Origin: Candidatus Acetothermia bacterium
Lineage (GTDB): Bacteria > Bipolaricaulota > Bipolaricaulia > RBG-16-55-9 > DRXL01
Assembly (NCBI GenBank): GCA_016179105.1
Contig: JACOSB010000120.1
Coordinates: 489 to 64,488, forward strand
Direction of reading: 5' to 3'
Length of the DNA stretch: 64,000 bases
Positions 17,933 through 27,088 of the stretch are shown here, one piece after another. The notes beneath the pieces were generated by a model. It searched no databases and had not been told where the DNA came from. It saw only the letters and a list, made by a program, of their open reading frames with translations. Numbering within the stretch: position 1 is the first letter of the stretch; every line of letters begins with the position of its first letter. The position numbers and the translations under genes were made by a program.

Positions 17933-19756
17933 ATGGCGCGTGTACGCAGAATCAGCATCTTATTGGCTGGGTTCGTCTTGGCACTCAGTAGTGTGAGCAC
18001 GACAACCGGGGCAGCAGATCCAGCAGCATCCTTCAATGTCCTCGTCGAGGAGCAAGCCTCCGAGTATCGCTTCTCGGTTCAAGCAGAGGGCGTAACTTCA
18101 GTGCGGGTCGCTATCTTGCGCTTGGATGGTCGACAGGTCTTTCAGAGCGATTGGGTCGCGGGTCAGACGGTTATCTGGTCACTTGCTACATCATCAAACC
18201 AGACTCCTACCAATGGAGTCTATCTGTACGCGGTGAGCGCTCGCGATCATCAGGGCCGTGAGCAACGCAAACTGGGTAAGCTGGTCGTTTTCTTCGGAGC
18301 GGAGTCCTCACTGAGCCTGCCTAGCTTGGACCAGTTAGCAGGGAGTCAGCCTTCGGCGCTTCCCAGCGGAGTGAAATGGCAAGAGAAATTGGGCAAAGAT
18401 AGCGTGGATAATTTTCGGATTCAGCGTCAGCCTGGCAAAGGACAGTCTTTCCAGAATTTGCTCATGCTGGACAATGCCGGAAATTTGAGCGTGGCGCAAC
18501 TCTGCTTGAGTGGAGTCTGCTTCGCCAGCTGGCCGAGTGGCGGAGGAGGAACCTTCACGTTAGCAGATGGGTCCGTCACTTTAGCCAAGCTGGCGAACCA
18601 GGACTGCGGAGCGGGCAATGCGATCCGGGGCTGGACCGGTGGCGTGTTGAACTGCATCAGTGTCGGAGGTGGGGGAGGAGTGCCCAGCGGCTGGGTCGAT
18701 GATGGCACGGTCGTACGGTTGGCTAATGCGACGGAGAGTGTCGGAATCGGCACAAACATACCTACGTCACTCTTGCACTTGCGCAAGGACGTGCCGGCGG
18801 GCCTCGGTCCAACGCTGACCTTGTACAATGGCGGCGGCAGCGGAGGTGCGGCGGACTCCATAGACTTTTTCACCTACTCGTCCCCCACCCCAACTTCGCC
18901 CACGGCTCGGATCATGAGCATTGATGACGGCAGCTTCAGTAATCACCTGGCATTTTTCACCAGGATTCCAGGGGACAATGGCAATGCGCTGTTGGAGCGG
19001 ATGCGGATCGCTTCGAACGGCGATGTCGGCATTACTGGCAACGTCGGCATCGGGACTACTAGCTCCCCTGGTCTGCGCCTGGCAGTCGTCGGCAACATCG
19101 GCAACACTAGTATCTTGGGACTGAATGTCTATAACGAAGGCTTTGTACAAATTGGCACCCTTTATGGCTCCTCCACCTTGCACGCATGTTATAGCACCAT
19201 CTTGCCTTTCGCCTTCGCCGCGTGCAGCTCGGCCGCCGAGTATGTGCCATCCATTGACAACGGTGCGGGTTTTCCCGAAACCGCCGACCTTGTAAGCATC
19301 GCGCCCGCCGTCACTAATCCTTACGGCGACACGCACGGCCCTTTCACCGTCCAGAAATCCACCATGTCGTGCGATCCGAACCTACTCGGCTTTATCGTGA
19401 AACCCGAATCGGGCGCCAACGGCAAGAAACTGAACGACCACTATCTCCCGCTCGCCATCTATGGCTACTTCCCGGCCAAAGTCACGCTGGAGAATGGGCC
19501 CATCAAGCGCGGGGATCCGATCACGTCTAGTTCCAAGCCAGGCTACGGAATGAAAGCAACGCAAGCCTGCAAGGTCATCGGCTATGCGCTCGAAGACGCA
19601 GACAAAGAAGGCACGATCCAAGTCTTCGCGCATCTGAGCGAGAATGCTGCGCCGGAAGTTGCAGCACTGCGAGCGCAGGTGCAAGAGTTGAAACAACAAT
19701 TACAACAAGTGCTCAGCCAGATAGAGACAATGAAAACCAAGGAGGGATCACGATGA
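17933..19756 (+). CDS. secreted fibre-family protein, type I N-terminal FlgD-Ig-like domain, Gly-rich/IGTTxP repeats, family-A C-terminal domain (CSSAAEYVP...KRGDPITSSSKPGYGMKATQACK) and terminal coiled coil
   Basis: RBS aaaggagg. Signal peptide. Intact counterpart of the frameshifted gene, with which it shares >85% nt identity in long stretches. Confidence 0.75.
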   Translation: MARVRRISILLAGFVLALSSVSTTTGAADPAASFNVLVEEQASEYRFSVQAEGVTSVRVAILRLDGRQVFQSDWVAGQTVIWSLATSSNQTPTNGVYLYAVSARDHQGREQRKLGKLVVFFGAESSLSLPSLDQLAGSQPSALPSGVKWQEKLGKDSVDNFRIQRQPGKGQSFQNLLMLDNAGNLSVAQLCLSGVCFASWPSGGGGTFTLADGSVTLAKLANQDCGAGNAIRGWTGGVLNCISVGGGGGVPSGWVDDGTVVRLANATESVGIGTNIPTSLLHLRKDVPAGLGPTLTLYNGGGSGGAADSIDFFTYSSPTPTSPTARIMSIDDGSFSNHLAFFTRIPGDNGNALLERMRIASNGDVGITGNVGIGTTSSPGLRLAVVGNIGNTSILGLNVYNEGFVQIGTLYGSSTLHACYSTILPFAFAACSSAAEYVPSIDNGAGFPETADLVSIAPAVTNPYGDTHGPFTVQKSTMSCDPNLLGFIVKPESGANGKKLNDHYLPLAIYGYFPAKVTLENGPIKRGDPITSSSKPGYGMKATQACKVIGYALEDADKEGTIQVFAHLSENAAPEVAALRAQVQELKQQLQQVLSQIETMKTKEGSR

Positions 19757-21894
19757 GATTCAAGAATCGACGTTGGCTCTGGGTCGTGCTGTTGCTGCTC
19801 ATGGCGGTGAGAGCAGCGGCTGGCCAAGCTGCCTCTTTCCAAGTGCAAGTCGAGCAGCAAGCCTTGGGCATCCGCTTCACCGTGCAAGACGTGAACGTCA
19901 CTTCCATGCGAGTCGAAGTCGCGGGCTTAGACGGTAGAACAATCTTTGCGAGCGGATGGAAATCAGATCGGTCGGTAACCTGGCCCATGGTCACTCCGCA
20001 AGAGCGATCAGCAGCGAACGGAGTCTATCTGTACGAGATCGTATTACGCGATCACGAGGGACGTGAGTATCGCAAACTTGGCAAGCTAGCGCTCGTGCAG
20101 GGACAAGAGCCGGCATTCAGTATGTCTACAGTGGGCGAACTCGCGGGAACAGGACCTGCAGTGGCGCAGTTTCCCCTGACCGCGGGAACGAGTTGGAGTC
20201 AACGTTTGGGTATTGATCGGTCGGACACATACCGGATTCAACGTCGTCCACCTAGAGTGACTGGAGGGCCTCCAACGACTTTTGAAAACCTGCTCCAACT
20301 CGAGGCCGATGGAAAGCTTCGCATCAAAGCACTGTGTTTGGGAACAGTCTTTGCGCCGGTGACCCCTCAGAACCCGGACAATCTTTCTAACGAAGGAGAC
20401 TGTCGCAGCAGCTGGTCCGGCGTGACTGGTGGAGGTACGACGAACGGATGGACGGATGATGGCGCGATCGTGCGCTTGGCTAACGCAACAGACAAGGTCG
20501 GCATCGGGACGACGAATCCGACTGAACTCTTAACCGTAGCCGGCAATATCGATGCGACCGGACAGAAGAGCAAGATACGATTTCAGTATGATACGTTGGC
20601 CGATCTTCCTTCTGCGGCGACCTATCATGGGATGTTCGCCCATGTGCACGCGACGGGCAAAGCCTATTTCGCCCATGCCGGGCAGTGGGTTGCGTTGGCG
20701 AATGAAGGCAGCAGCGGAGGCGCCTCTGCATGGTCGCTCTCTGGAAATAGTGGAACGAATCCCAGTACAAATTTCTTGGGAACAACCAGCAATACTGCGC
20801 TCGTCTTCCGTACAAATAACTTGGAACGAATGCGTCTCAGTGAAAATGGTAGTATCGTCATCGGAACGAACACTCCTTGCGTAGGCCAGAGGTTGCAGGT
20901 TACCAAGTTCGCTTCAGGGCTCGGCTGCCCAGCCCCAGATCTTCTTGACGTAGCTATCTTCGCGGAGAACAAAGACGGGCGTGCTGTCGTCGGTCAAAGC
21001 GCCGATGATGCAGGCATCGAAGGCATAAGCAATAGCAGCGCTGGTGTCTCCGGGCTCAGCAAAAATGGCGCGGGAGTGAAGGGCGTCAGCGGAGAGGCCA
21101 TCGACATAGGTGAGCGTGAATCAGGCGTGGGTGTAGTGGGTATTAGTGTCTCCGAGCTAGGAGCTGGTGTCCTGGGCCTCAATCTCAATGGTGGCATAGG
21201 TGTACAAGGCGAGAGTGGAAAGAATTTTGGCGTTGCTGGCAAGAGCGAAGAGAAGAGTGGGGTGCTTGGCATCAGCACAATGGAGGCGGGGGTAGCAGGT
21301 GTAAGTACTAAGAATTACGGCATTGCCGGTGGCAGTATCGAGAGCACGGGCGTGTATGGGGAAAGTCAGAACGGGACATATATATTTGAGGGTTTTGATG
21401 GAAATACCAACAACCGACGTTTTGCCGTGGAGCGGGCTACGGGAAATGTCAAAGCGTATGGCACCTTCACCGGCGGCGGCGTGGACTATGCCGATATGCT
21501 TCCCGTCACGGGCAAGCTATCCGACTATGAGCCGGGCGACGTGCTTGTCATCAGCCTGGATGGAAAGTTAACGAAATCATGGCAGCCGTATTCAACGGCG
21601 CTTGCCGGAGTCTATTCTACGAAACCTGCTTTTGTGGGTGATTCCCGCGGACTCACAGAAGATAGCCGAGCGATGGATGAAAATCTGGTTCCCGTGGCGC
21701 TCGTCGGACTCGTGCCGGTGAAAGTGAGCGCCGAGAACGGTCCGATTCATCCCGGAGATTTGCTCACAACTGCGAGTATCCCCGGACACGCGATGAAAGC
21801 CACGGACCCGAAAATTGGGACAATTCTTGGCAAGGCAATGCAGTCTCTAGAAAAAGGCACCGGCGTGATCAATGTGCTGGTGACCTTGCGCTAA
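19753..21894 (+). CDS. secreted fibre-family protein, type II N-terminal Ig-like domain, GVxG-rich repeat region, family-B C-terminal domain (YEPGDVLV...PGDLLTTASIPGHAMKAT...VLVTLR)
   Basis: Start overlaps the previous stop (ATGA). Signal peptide MRFKNRRWLWVVLLLLMAVRAAAG. The N-terminal 230 aa are paralogous to gene 21921..23804. Confidence 0.75.
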   Translation: MRFKNRRWLWVVLLLLMAVRAAAGQAASFQVQVEQQALGIRFTVQDVNVTSMRVEVAGLDGRTIFASGWKSDRSVTWPMVTPQERSAANGVYLYEIVLRDHEGREYRKLGKLALVQGQEPAFSMSTVGELAGTGPAVAQFPLTAGTSWSQRLGIDRSDTYRIQRRPPRVTGGPPTTFENLLQLEADGKLRIKALCLGTVFAPVTPQNPDNLSNEGDCRSSWSGVTGGGTTNGWTDDGAIVRLANATDKVGIGTTNPTELLTVAGNIDATGQKSKIRFQYDTLADLPSAATYHGMFAHVHATGKAYFAHAGQWVALANEGSSGGASAWSLSGNSGTNPSTNFLGTTSNTALVFRTNNLERMRLSENGSIVIGTNTPCVGQRLQVTKFASGLGCPAPDLLDVAIFAENKDGRAVVGQSADDAGIEGISNSSAGVSGLSKNGAGVKGVSGEAIDIGERESGVGVVGISVSELGAGVLGLNLNGGIGVQGESGKNFGVAGKSEEKSGVLGISTMEAGVAGVSTKNYGIAGGSIESTGVYGESQNGTYIFEGFDGNTNNRRFAVERATGNVKAYGTFTGGGVDYADMLPVTGKLSDYEPGDVLVISLDGKLTKSWQPYSTALAGVYSTKPAFVGDSRGLTEDSRAMDENLVPVALVGLVPVKVSAENGPIHPGDLLTTASIPGHAMKATDPKIGTILGKAMQSLEKGTGVINVLVTLR

Positions 21895-21920
21895 CTCAAA
21901 GTGAGAAACAGGAGGAAACA

Positions 21921-23804
21921 ATGAATCAATTCACTCATAGAGTCGTCATGGCGTTGGCAACATTCGCTCTGGCGATCGCCACGGGCAGTGTTGGAACAGT
22001 CTTGACAGCCAAGGCAGCGGAAGCGATTTCTTCTTCTTCAGTTCTGATCGAGCAACAAGCCGCGGGCGTTCGCTTCTCAGTGCAAGACGAGAGCACCGTT
22101 GCGTTGCGGCTGGAAGTCTTGAGCTTGGATGGAAGAAGAATCTTCCAGAGCGAATGGCGACCAGACAAGACCGTGGTATGGTCAGCAGCTCTCATCACTG
22201 GACAAACCGTCGCAAATGGAGTTTATCTCTACGCAATCAGCGTGCGCGACCGGGAGGGACGCGAGCAAAGAAAGCTGGGCAAGTTGGTTCTGGTGCAGGG
22301 ACTGGAGCCGCGGCTGAGCATCCCAGCAGTGAGCGAGTTGGTCACAACAGAACCCGCAGCGGCACAGTTCCCCCTTACTGCGGGAACGAGTTGGAGCCAA
22401 CGATTGGGTATTGACCGGTCAGACACGTATCGGATTCTGCGCCGACCAGCGCGTGTACCCGGTGGACCTGTCACTAGCTTCGAGCAATTGCTCCAGCTCG
22501 GAGCCAATGGAAGGCTGCACATTACAGAACTATGTTTGGGTACAGTCTTTGCTCCGTTCACTGCTCAGAACCCGGACAATCTTTCTAACGGAGGAGACTG
22601 TCGCAGCAGCTGGTCGGGTGTGACGGGTGGAGGTACGTCGAACGGATGGACGGATGATGGTGCGATCGTGCGACTGGCTACCGCGAGCGATAAGGTCGGC
22701 ATTGGCACGACCACGCCAGCACAAGCACTGGAAGTAAACGGGATTGCTTCTTTGGGAGCCCCTGGAGGAGTCTATGGATACTTGTTTGCAGCTCCCTCGC
22801 CAGGACCCTACCCAACCCTCGGGTTTAACACCTATGGGGCACCTTTCTATCTGGCAGGAGTTGCGGGATATGGTGGTATCCTCCAGTTTCAGGATGGGGA
22901 TGGAAAGCTCATTTACTATACCGGCTCGAACGTGGCTGCAGGAGCAGCACATGTCAATACCCCACGATTCGCGATAGATAAGGACGGCAACGTCGGAGTC
23001 GGCACCACCACCCCGACCGCGAAACTTTCGGTTCAGACCGGGACAGGCTTTTATGGCTTCATCCACACCGATGGCGCCATTGTTGTAGGTTCGTATGTGG
23101 GGGGCAGCGCGTCAGGTGCCGTCGGCGGGTGGCTTGGCACCAAGTCGAATCACCAACTTCACTTCTTCACCAACAACGGCCAGCCCAGCATGACGATCGA
23201 CACCGCTGGCAGAGTGGGTATCGGGACGTTCAGCCCGAGTGCCACGCTGGATGTCAACGGGGGCATCCAGGCTAATAGCTTGACGGCGCCGGCGGGTCTG
23301 TTCCTGAACGCCTCGACCGGCCGCATCGCCCTGCGGACGACGACTGGGGGGCTGTTTGCGGAGCGGATGACGATCCTGGACAACGGCAATGTCGGCATCG
23401 GCACCACCAGTCCCACAAACCCCTTACAGATGGGCAGTGGTGCATTCGTCTCCGCTGGAGGCATCTGGACCAATGCGTCAGACCGTAACCTGAAGGAGCA
23501 CTTCACTCCGGTGGACAGTTACACCGTGCTGAAGACACTGGCTGCGCTCCCCATCACCGCTTGGAATTACAAGACGGAAGGAGCTTCCATCCAGCATATT
23601 GGCCCGGTAGCGCAGGACTTCTATGCCGCGTTCAAGTTGGGACAGGACAACAAGCACATCAGCACGATTGACGCGAACGGAGTGGCACTGCTCTCGATCC
23701 AGGCGCTCTATGAGCTGAGCTTGGAGAAAGACAAACAGATCGAGGATTTGCAGCAGCGTATCGAGAAGCTGGAGAAGCTTGTGGAGATGTTGACAAAGAA
23801 ATAA
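21921..23804 (+). CDS. secreted fibre-family protein with tail-fibre-like IGTTxP beta-helical repeats and C-terminal Peptidase_S74 intramolecular chaperone (auto-processing) domain
   Basis: C-terminus SDRNLKEHFTPVDSYTVLKTLAALPITAWNYKTEGASIQHIGPVAQDFYAAF...ELSLEKDKQIEDLQQRIEKLEKL matches the chaperone-of-endosialidase/S74 consensus (SDxxxK...IGxxAQ...coiled coil). N-terminal Ig-like GVYLY domain and signal peptide are present. Confidence 0.75.
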   Translation: MNQFTHRVVMALATFALAIATGSVGTVLTAKAAEAISSSSVLIEQQAAGVRFSVQDESTVALRLEVLSLDGRRIFQSEWRPDKTVVWSAALITGQTVANGVYLYAISVRDREGREQRKLGKLVLVQGLEPRLSIPAVSELVTTEPAAAQFPLTAGTSWSQRLGIDRSDTYRILRRPARVPGGPVTSFEQLLQLGANGRLHITELCLGTVFAPFTAQNPDNLSNGGDCRSSWSGVTGGGTSNGWTDDGAIVRLATASDKVGIGTTTPAQALEVNGIASLGAPGGVYGYLFAAPSPGPYPTLGFNTYGAPFYLAGVAGYGGILQFQDGDGKLIYYTGSNVAAGAAHVNTPRFAIDKDGNVGVGTTTPTAKLSVQTGTGFYGFIHTDGAIVVGSYVGGSASGAVGGWLGTKSNHQLHFFTNNGQPSMTIDTAGRVGIGTFSPSATLDVNGGIQANSLTAPAGLFLNASTGRIALRTTTGGLFAERMTILDNGNVGIGTTSPTNPLQMGSGAFVSAGGIWTNASDRNLKEHFTPVDSYTVLKTLAALPITAWNYKTEGASIQHIGPVAQDFYAAFKLGQDNKHISTIDANGVALLSIQALYELSLEKDKQIEDLQQRIEKLEKLVEMLTKK

Positions 23805-23870
23805 GTGAGGCTTCAGAGAACAAGAGCTGAGATGAGAAGGGCCGGGCAGCGTTCGCTTGGCCCTGTTTGC

Positions 23871-23898
23871 GTAGGGGCGAGGCATGCCTCGCCCCTAC
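23871..23898. repeat. GTAGGGGCGAGG-catg-CCTCGCCCCTAC palindromic element (bidirectional terminator-like) between convergent genes
   Basis: Perfect 12-bp stem hairpin; member of the family also at 10564, 31571, 32798, 40419 and 51377. Confidence 0.6.
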
Positions 23899-23906
23899 GG
23901 GACCAA

Positions 23907-26900
23907 TCATTCTGTGCTCGTGTCTAACGCATACTCGATCGCCTGCTCGAGCGTCAGTGATTGACCTTGGGTCCAGGCAGCTGCAAAAACTTTCTCCTCA
24001 AGCTTCTCACGGATTGTAGCTACAGTGCGATCAAAAGCAGCGCGATTGGTCGGCGGCAAAGAAGCACGCATGGCCCCGCGCAGAGCCGCGACGGCTCCGC
24101 AAAGATGAGCAGCGCGCACAAGCTGACCTTGGGCGAGCGAAACCACTCCCGTCCCTTCGAGTAAGAACGCGATGTTCCATTTATCTCGCAACTCCCGTTG
24201 CAAGAGTAGTCCCTCTTCATAGAGCGCATGAGCGGATGCATAATCACTTTGTTTTAGGGCAACACTGCCCAGATTATTGAGAGAGTTGGCGAGGCCCGGC
24301 TTGTCTCCTAGCTCACGACGTAAAGCCAGACTTTTTTCATAGAGCGTTCGCGCTGTTTGGTAGTCCCCTTGATTCTCTGCTACACTCCCCAAGTTGTTGA
24401 ACAAATAAGAGATGGCTTGTTTGTTCCCCAACTTTGTGTTGATCTCGAGGCTCTCTTCATAGAATGCTTTGGCTTGCGTATACTCACCCTGGGCTCGCGC
24501 GATGAGCCCTAAATTGTTGAGCAAGATAGCAATGCCGGCGGCGTCTCCTAATTTACGAGAGAGATTCAAGCCCTCCTCAGAGAGGGAGCGCGCCCGTGTA
24601 TACTCACCCTGCTTCCAGGCGATCGACCCCAAATTCTGAAGAGTTTTTGCCATGTCTCTCTCGCCTCCCAGACCTCGAAAGATCGCTAGACTTTCTTCGT
24701 GATAAGAACGTGCTGTGAGATAATCTCCTTGTCCTTCAGCCAGAGTGCCGGCCGCGTTGAGCGCCTTGGCACTCGTGATAGTCCTCTTGAGACTCCCGGC
24801 CTGTGCAAGGACAGAAGCCACTTGTGATCGCCCTTCTGTGAGATAGCCGCGAACAAGCCAGAAAGCACTGAGTGCGGTTACCATGCGCAACCCAGCTTCC
24901 GTTTTTCTTCTATCTTTGGCATATTCGAGTGCACTGCGCAGATTGTCTTGCTCTTGCTCCAATCGCTCCAGCCAGCTGGATTGAGCGGGCCCCTGCAGTT
25001 CGGACTCTGCTTTTTCTGCCAGAGCAAGGAACCAATCAAGATGGCGCTCGCGCAAGACCGATTCTTCTTTGGAATCAAGAAGTTTCTCCCGACCGAACTG
25101 GCGCACGGTCTCTAGCAGGCGATACCGTGTCTCTCCGTCTCGCTGATCCACAAGCACTAGCGACTTGTCTATGAGGTGAGTCAGTAAATCCAAAATTTCT
25201 GTAAGGGCGATTCGTGAATCGCCCTTACGAAGATCATCTCTTGCACAGATCGTCTCTACGGCCTCCAACGTAAACCCGCCCGCGAAGATAGACAACCTGC
25301 GCAGCAATGTTTGCTCAGCGGATGAGAGCAGATCGTAGCTCCAGTCCATCGCAGCCTGTAGAGTTTGTTGTCGCGGAAGCGCCGTCCGGCTGCCGCTCGT
25401 GAGCAACCGGAAGCGATCGTCCAGCCGCGCCGCGATCTCTGTGACAGACAAAACTTTCACGCGTGCCGCCGCGAGCTCGATGGCCAAGGGCAAGCCATCC
25501 AGCTTCTGGCAGATCTGCATCACCGCAGGGGCATTTTGTAGGTTCAATCCAAATTCCGGTTGACTAGAGAGTGCCCGCTCGACGAATAAGCTTATAGCTT
25601 CGTATTGTTTTAAAATCTTCAAAGGCAAGGAATCGTGAGCGTCGGGCTGCACGAGCGGAGGCACTTGCCAAACCGTCTCTCCTGCGATGCCCAGCGCCTC
25701 ACGGCTCGTGGCCAAGACCTGAAGATCTGGGCAGGTGTGCAATAGAGTCTCTGTCATGTGCGCACAGGCACTGATCAAGTGCTCACAATTGTCTAGAACC
25801 AGGAGCATTTGTTTGGATTTTAGATAGTCTGAGAGTGCGTCTGTCAACGAACATTGCTGTGTCTCGCGCACTCCCAAGGCAGACGCGATGGCTTGCGGGA
25901 CGAGCTTTGGGTCGGAGATGGATGCCAATTCTACCCACCAGACTCCATCCGAGTAGTCTTTCACCATACTTGCGGAAACTTGCAACGCGAGGCGTGTCTT
26001 GCCGCTGCCCCCGGCTCCAGTGAGAGTAAGTAATCTCGTCGTGTTGAGTAACCATTTCACTTTGACAATCTCGCGCTCGCGCCCGATGAAGCTGGTCACA
26101 GAGCTGGGCAGATTGTGCCGTGCCGGACTCGCGGGCGGCGGGTAGCCTTGGCTGGAACGCTCTCCACGCACAATCTGCTCGTGCAATGTGCACGTCTCGG
26201 GCGACGGTTTTGCACTCAAGTGCTCTTCCATTACTTTGGCACACTCGGCATAAACTTGCAGTGCTTCGCTGTGCTGCCCTGCGAGCGAGTGATAGAGCAT
26301 CTGCTGGCGATAGACGCTCTCGCGTGTGAGCTCTTGTTTCAAGATTTTTCCGCATTGTTCGAGTGCTTGTGGATACTGCCCCAGACGCGCATGGCATTCG
26401 GCGCATTGCGAAAGCGCGGTCAGATAGAGCTCTCGCCAATGTTGACGCGGGCTGAGCGTCCACTCTTCATAAAGGTCTTCGGCCAAGAAATCACCCTGAT
26501 AGAGATCGAGAGCTTGGCGATATGTGTCCAATGCTTCCGGCCAGCGCCCGGCTCGTTCTGAGGCTTGGGCAGTCTCCATCTTCTTTTGGAATTCTTCGGT
26601 GTCGAGCCAACAGGAAGAATCTTTGCTAAAAGAATATCCACCCTGGCGCTTACTCACGATGTAGTGTGAGTCCAAGCTCTTGTCAAGATTAGGCTCTAAT
26701 GCGTGGCGCAGTTCTCCGATGCGTCCGTAGAGATTCTTCGCGGCTTTCGCGGGCTCAAGGTCGGGAAAGAGTGCTTCGATCAGTTGGTCCGGGCTGAAGA
26801 TTTTTCCCCGGTCGGTGAGCAGGATTTTCAAGAGCGACAACGTCTTGTGGCGCCCCCAGGCTTGGGCAGGGACGAGCGCATCCTCACGCCAGACTTCAAA

Positions 26901-26978
26901 GCGACCAAACAGCTTGACCCGGAGTCCTTTGGTGCTCGTCCCGCTCATGAGATACTCCCATCGCCCTGCTGCGCTCAT
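23907..26978 (-). CDS. AfsR/SARP-family STAND transcriptional regulator (wHTH + BTAD + NB-ARC ATPase + TPR array), paralog B
   Basis: Collinear with paralog A at about 45-50% identity. Walker A LTGAGGSGKTRLALQV. At least 8 C-terminal TPR repeats (QGEYxxA...EESLxI...LGN). Divergent from fibre genes 27089 onward. Confidence 0.8.
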   Translation of the reverse strand: MSAAGRWEYLMSGTSTKGLRVKLFGRFEVWREDALVPAQAWGRHKTLSLLKILLTDRGKIFSPDQLIEALFPDLEPAKAAKNLYGRIGELRHALEPNLDKSLDSHYIVSKRQGGYSFSKDSSCWLDTEEFQKKMETAQASERAGRWPEALDTYRQALDLYQGDFLAEDLYEEWTLSPRQHWRELYLTALSQCAECHARLGQYPQALEQCGKILKQELTRESVYRQQMLYHSLAGQHSEALQVYAECAKVMEEHLSAKPSPETCTLHEQIVRGERSSQGYPPPASPARHNLPSSVTSFIGREREIVKVKWLLNTTRLLTLTGAGGSGKTRLALQVSASMVKDYSDGVWWVELASISDPKLVPQAIASALGVRETQQCSLTDALSDYLKSKQMLLVLDNCEHLISACAHMTETLLHTCPDLQVLATSREALGIAGETVWQVPPLVQPDAHDSLPLKILKQYEAISLFVERALSSQPEFGLNLQNAPAVMQICQKLDGLPLAIELAAARVKVLSVTEIAARLDDRFRLLTSGSRTALPRQQTLQAAMDWSYDLLSSAEQTLLRRLSIFAGGFTLEAVETICARDDLRKGDSRIALTEILDLLTHLIDKSLVLVDQRDGETRYRLLETVRQFGREKLLDSKEESVLRERHLDWFLALAEKAESELQGPAQSSWLERLEQEQDNLRSALEYAKDRRKTEAGLRMVTALSAFWLVRGYLTEGRSQVASVLAQAGSLKRTITSAKALNAAGTLAEGQGDYLTARSYHEESLAIFRGLGGERDMAKTLQNLGSIAWKQGEYTRARSLSEEGLNLSRKLGDAAGIAILLNNLGLIARAQGEYTQAKAFYEESLEINTKLGNKQAISYLFNNLGSVAENQGDYQTARTLYEKSLALRRELGDKPGLANSLNNLGSVALKQSDYASAHALYEEGLLLQRELRDKWNIAFLLEGTGVVSLAQGQLVRAAHLCGAVAALRGAMRASLPPTNRAAFDRTVATIREKLEEKVFAAAWTQGQSLTLEQAIEYALDTSTE

Positions 26979-27088
26979 TATACGCCAGTTTGCTCGAAAT
27001 CGCCGCCATCCGGAAGAAGGGTGTGACCTAACTGTAACCTTCTTCTTCTATGCTCAATGCAATGGAGAAATCCCAAGGAGGGATCAAG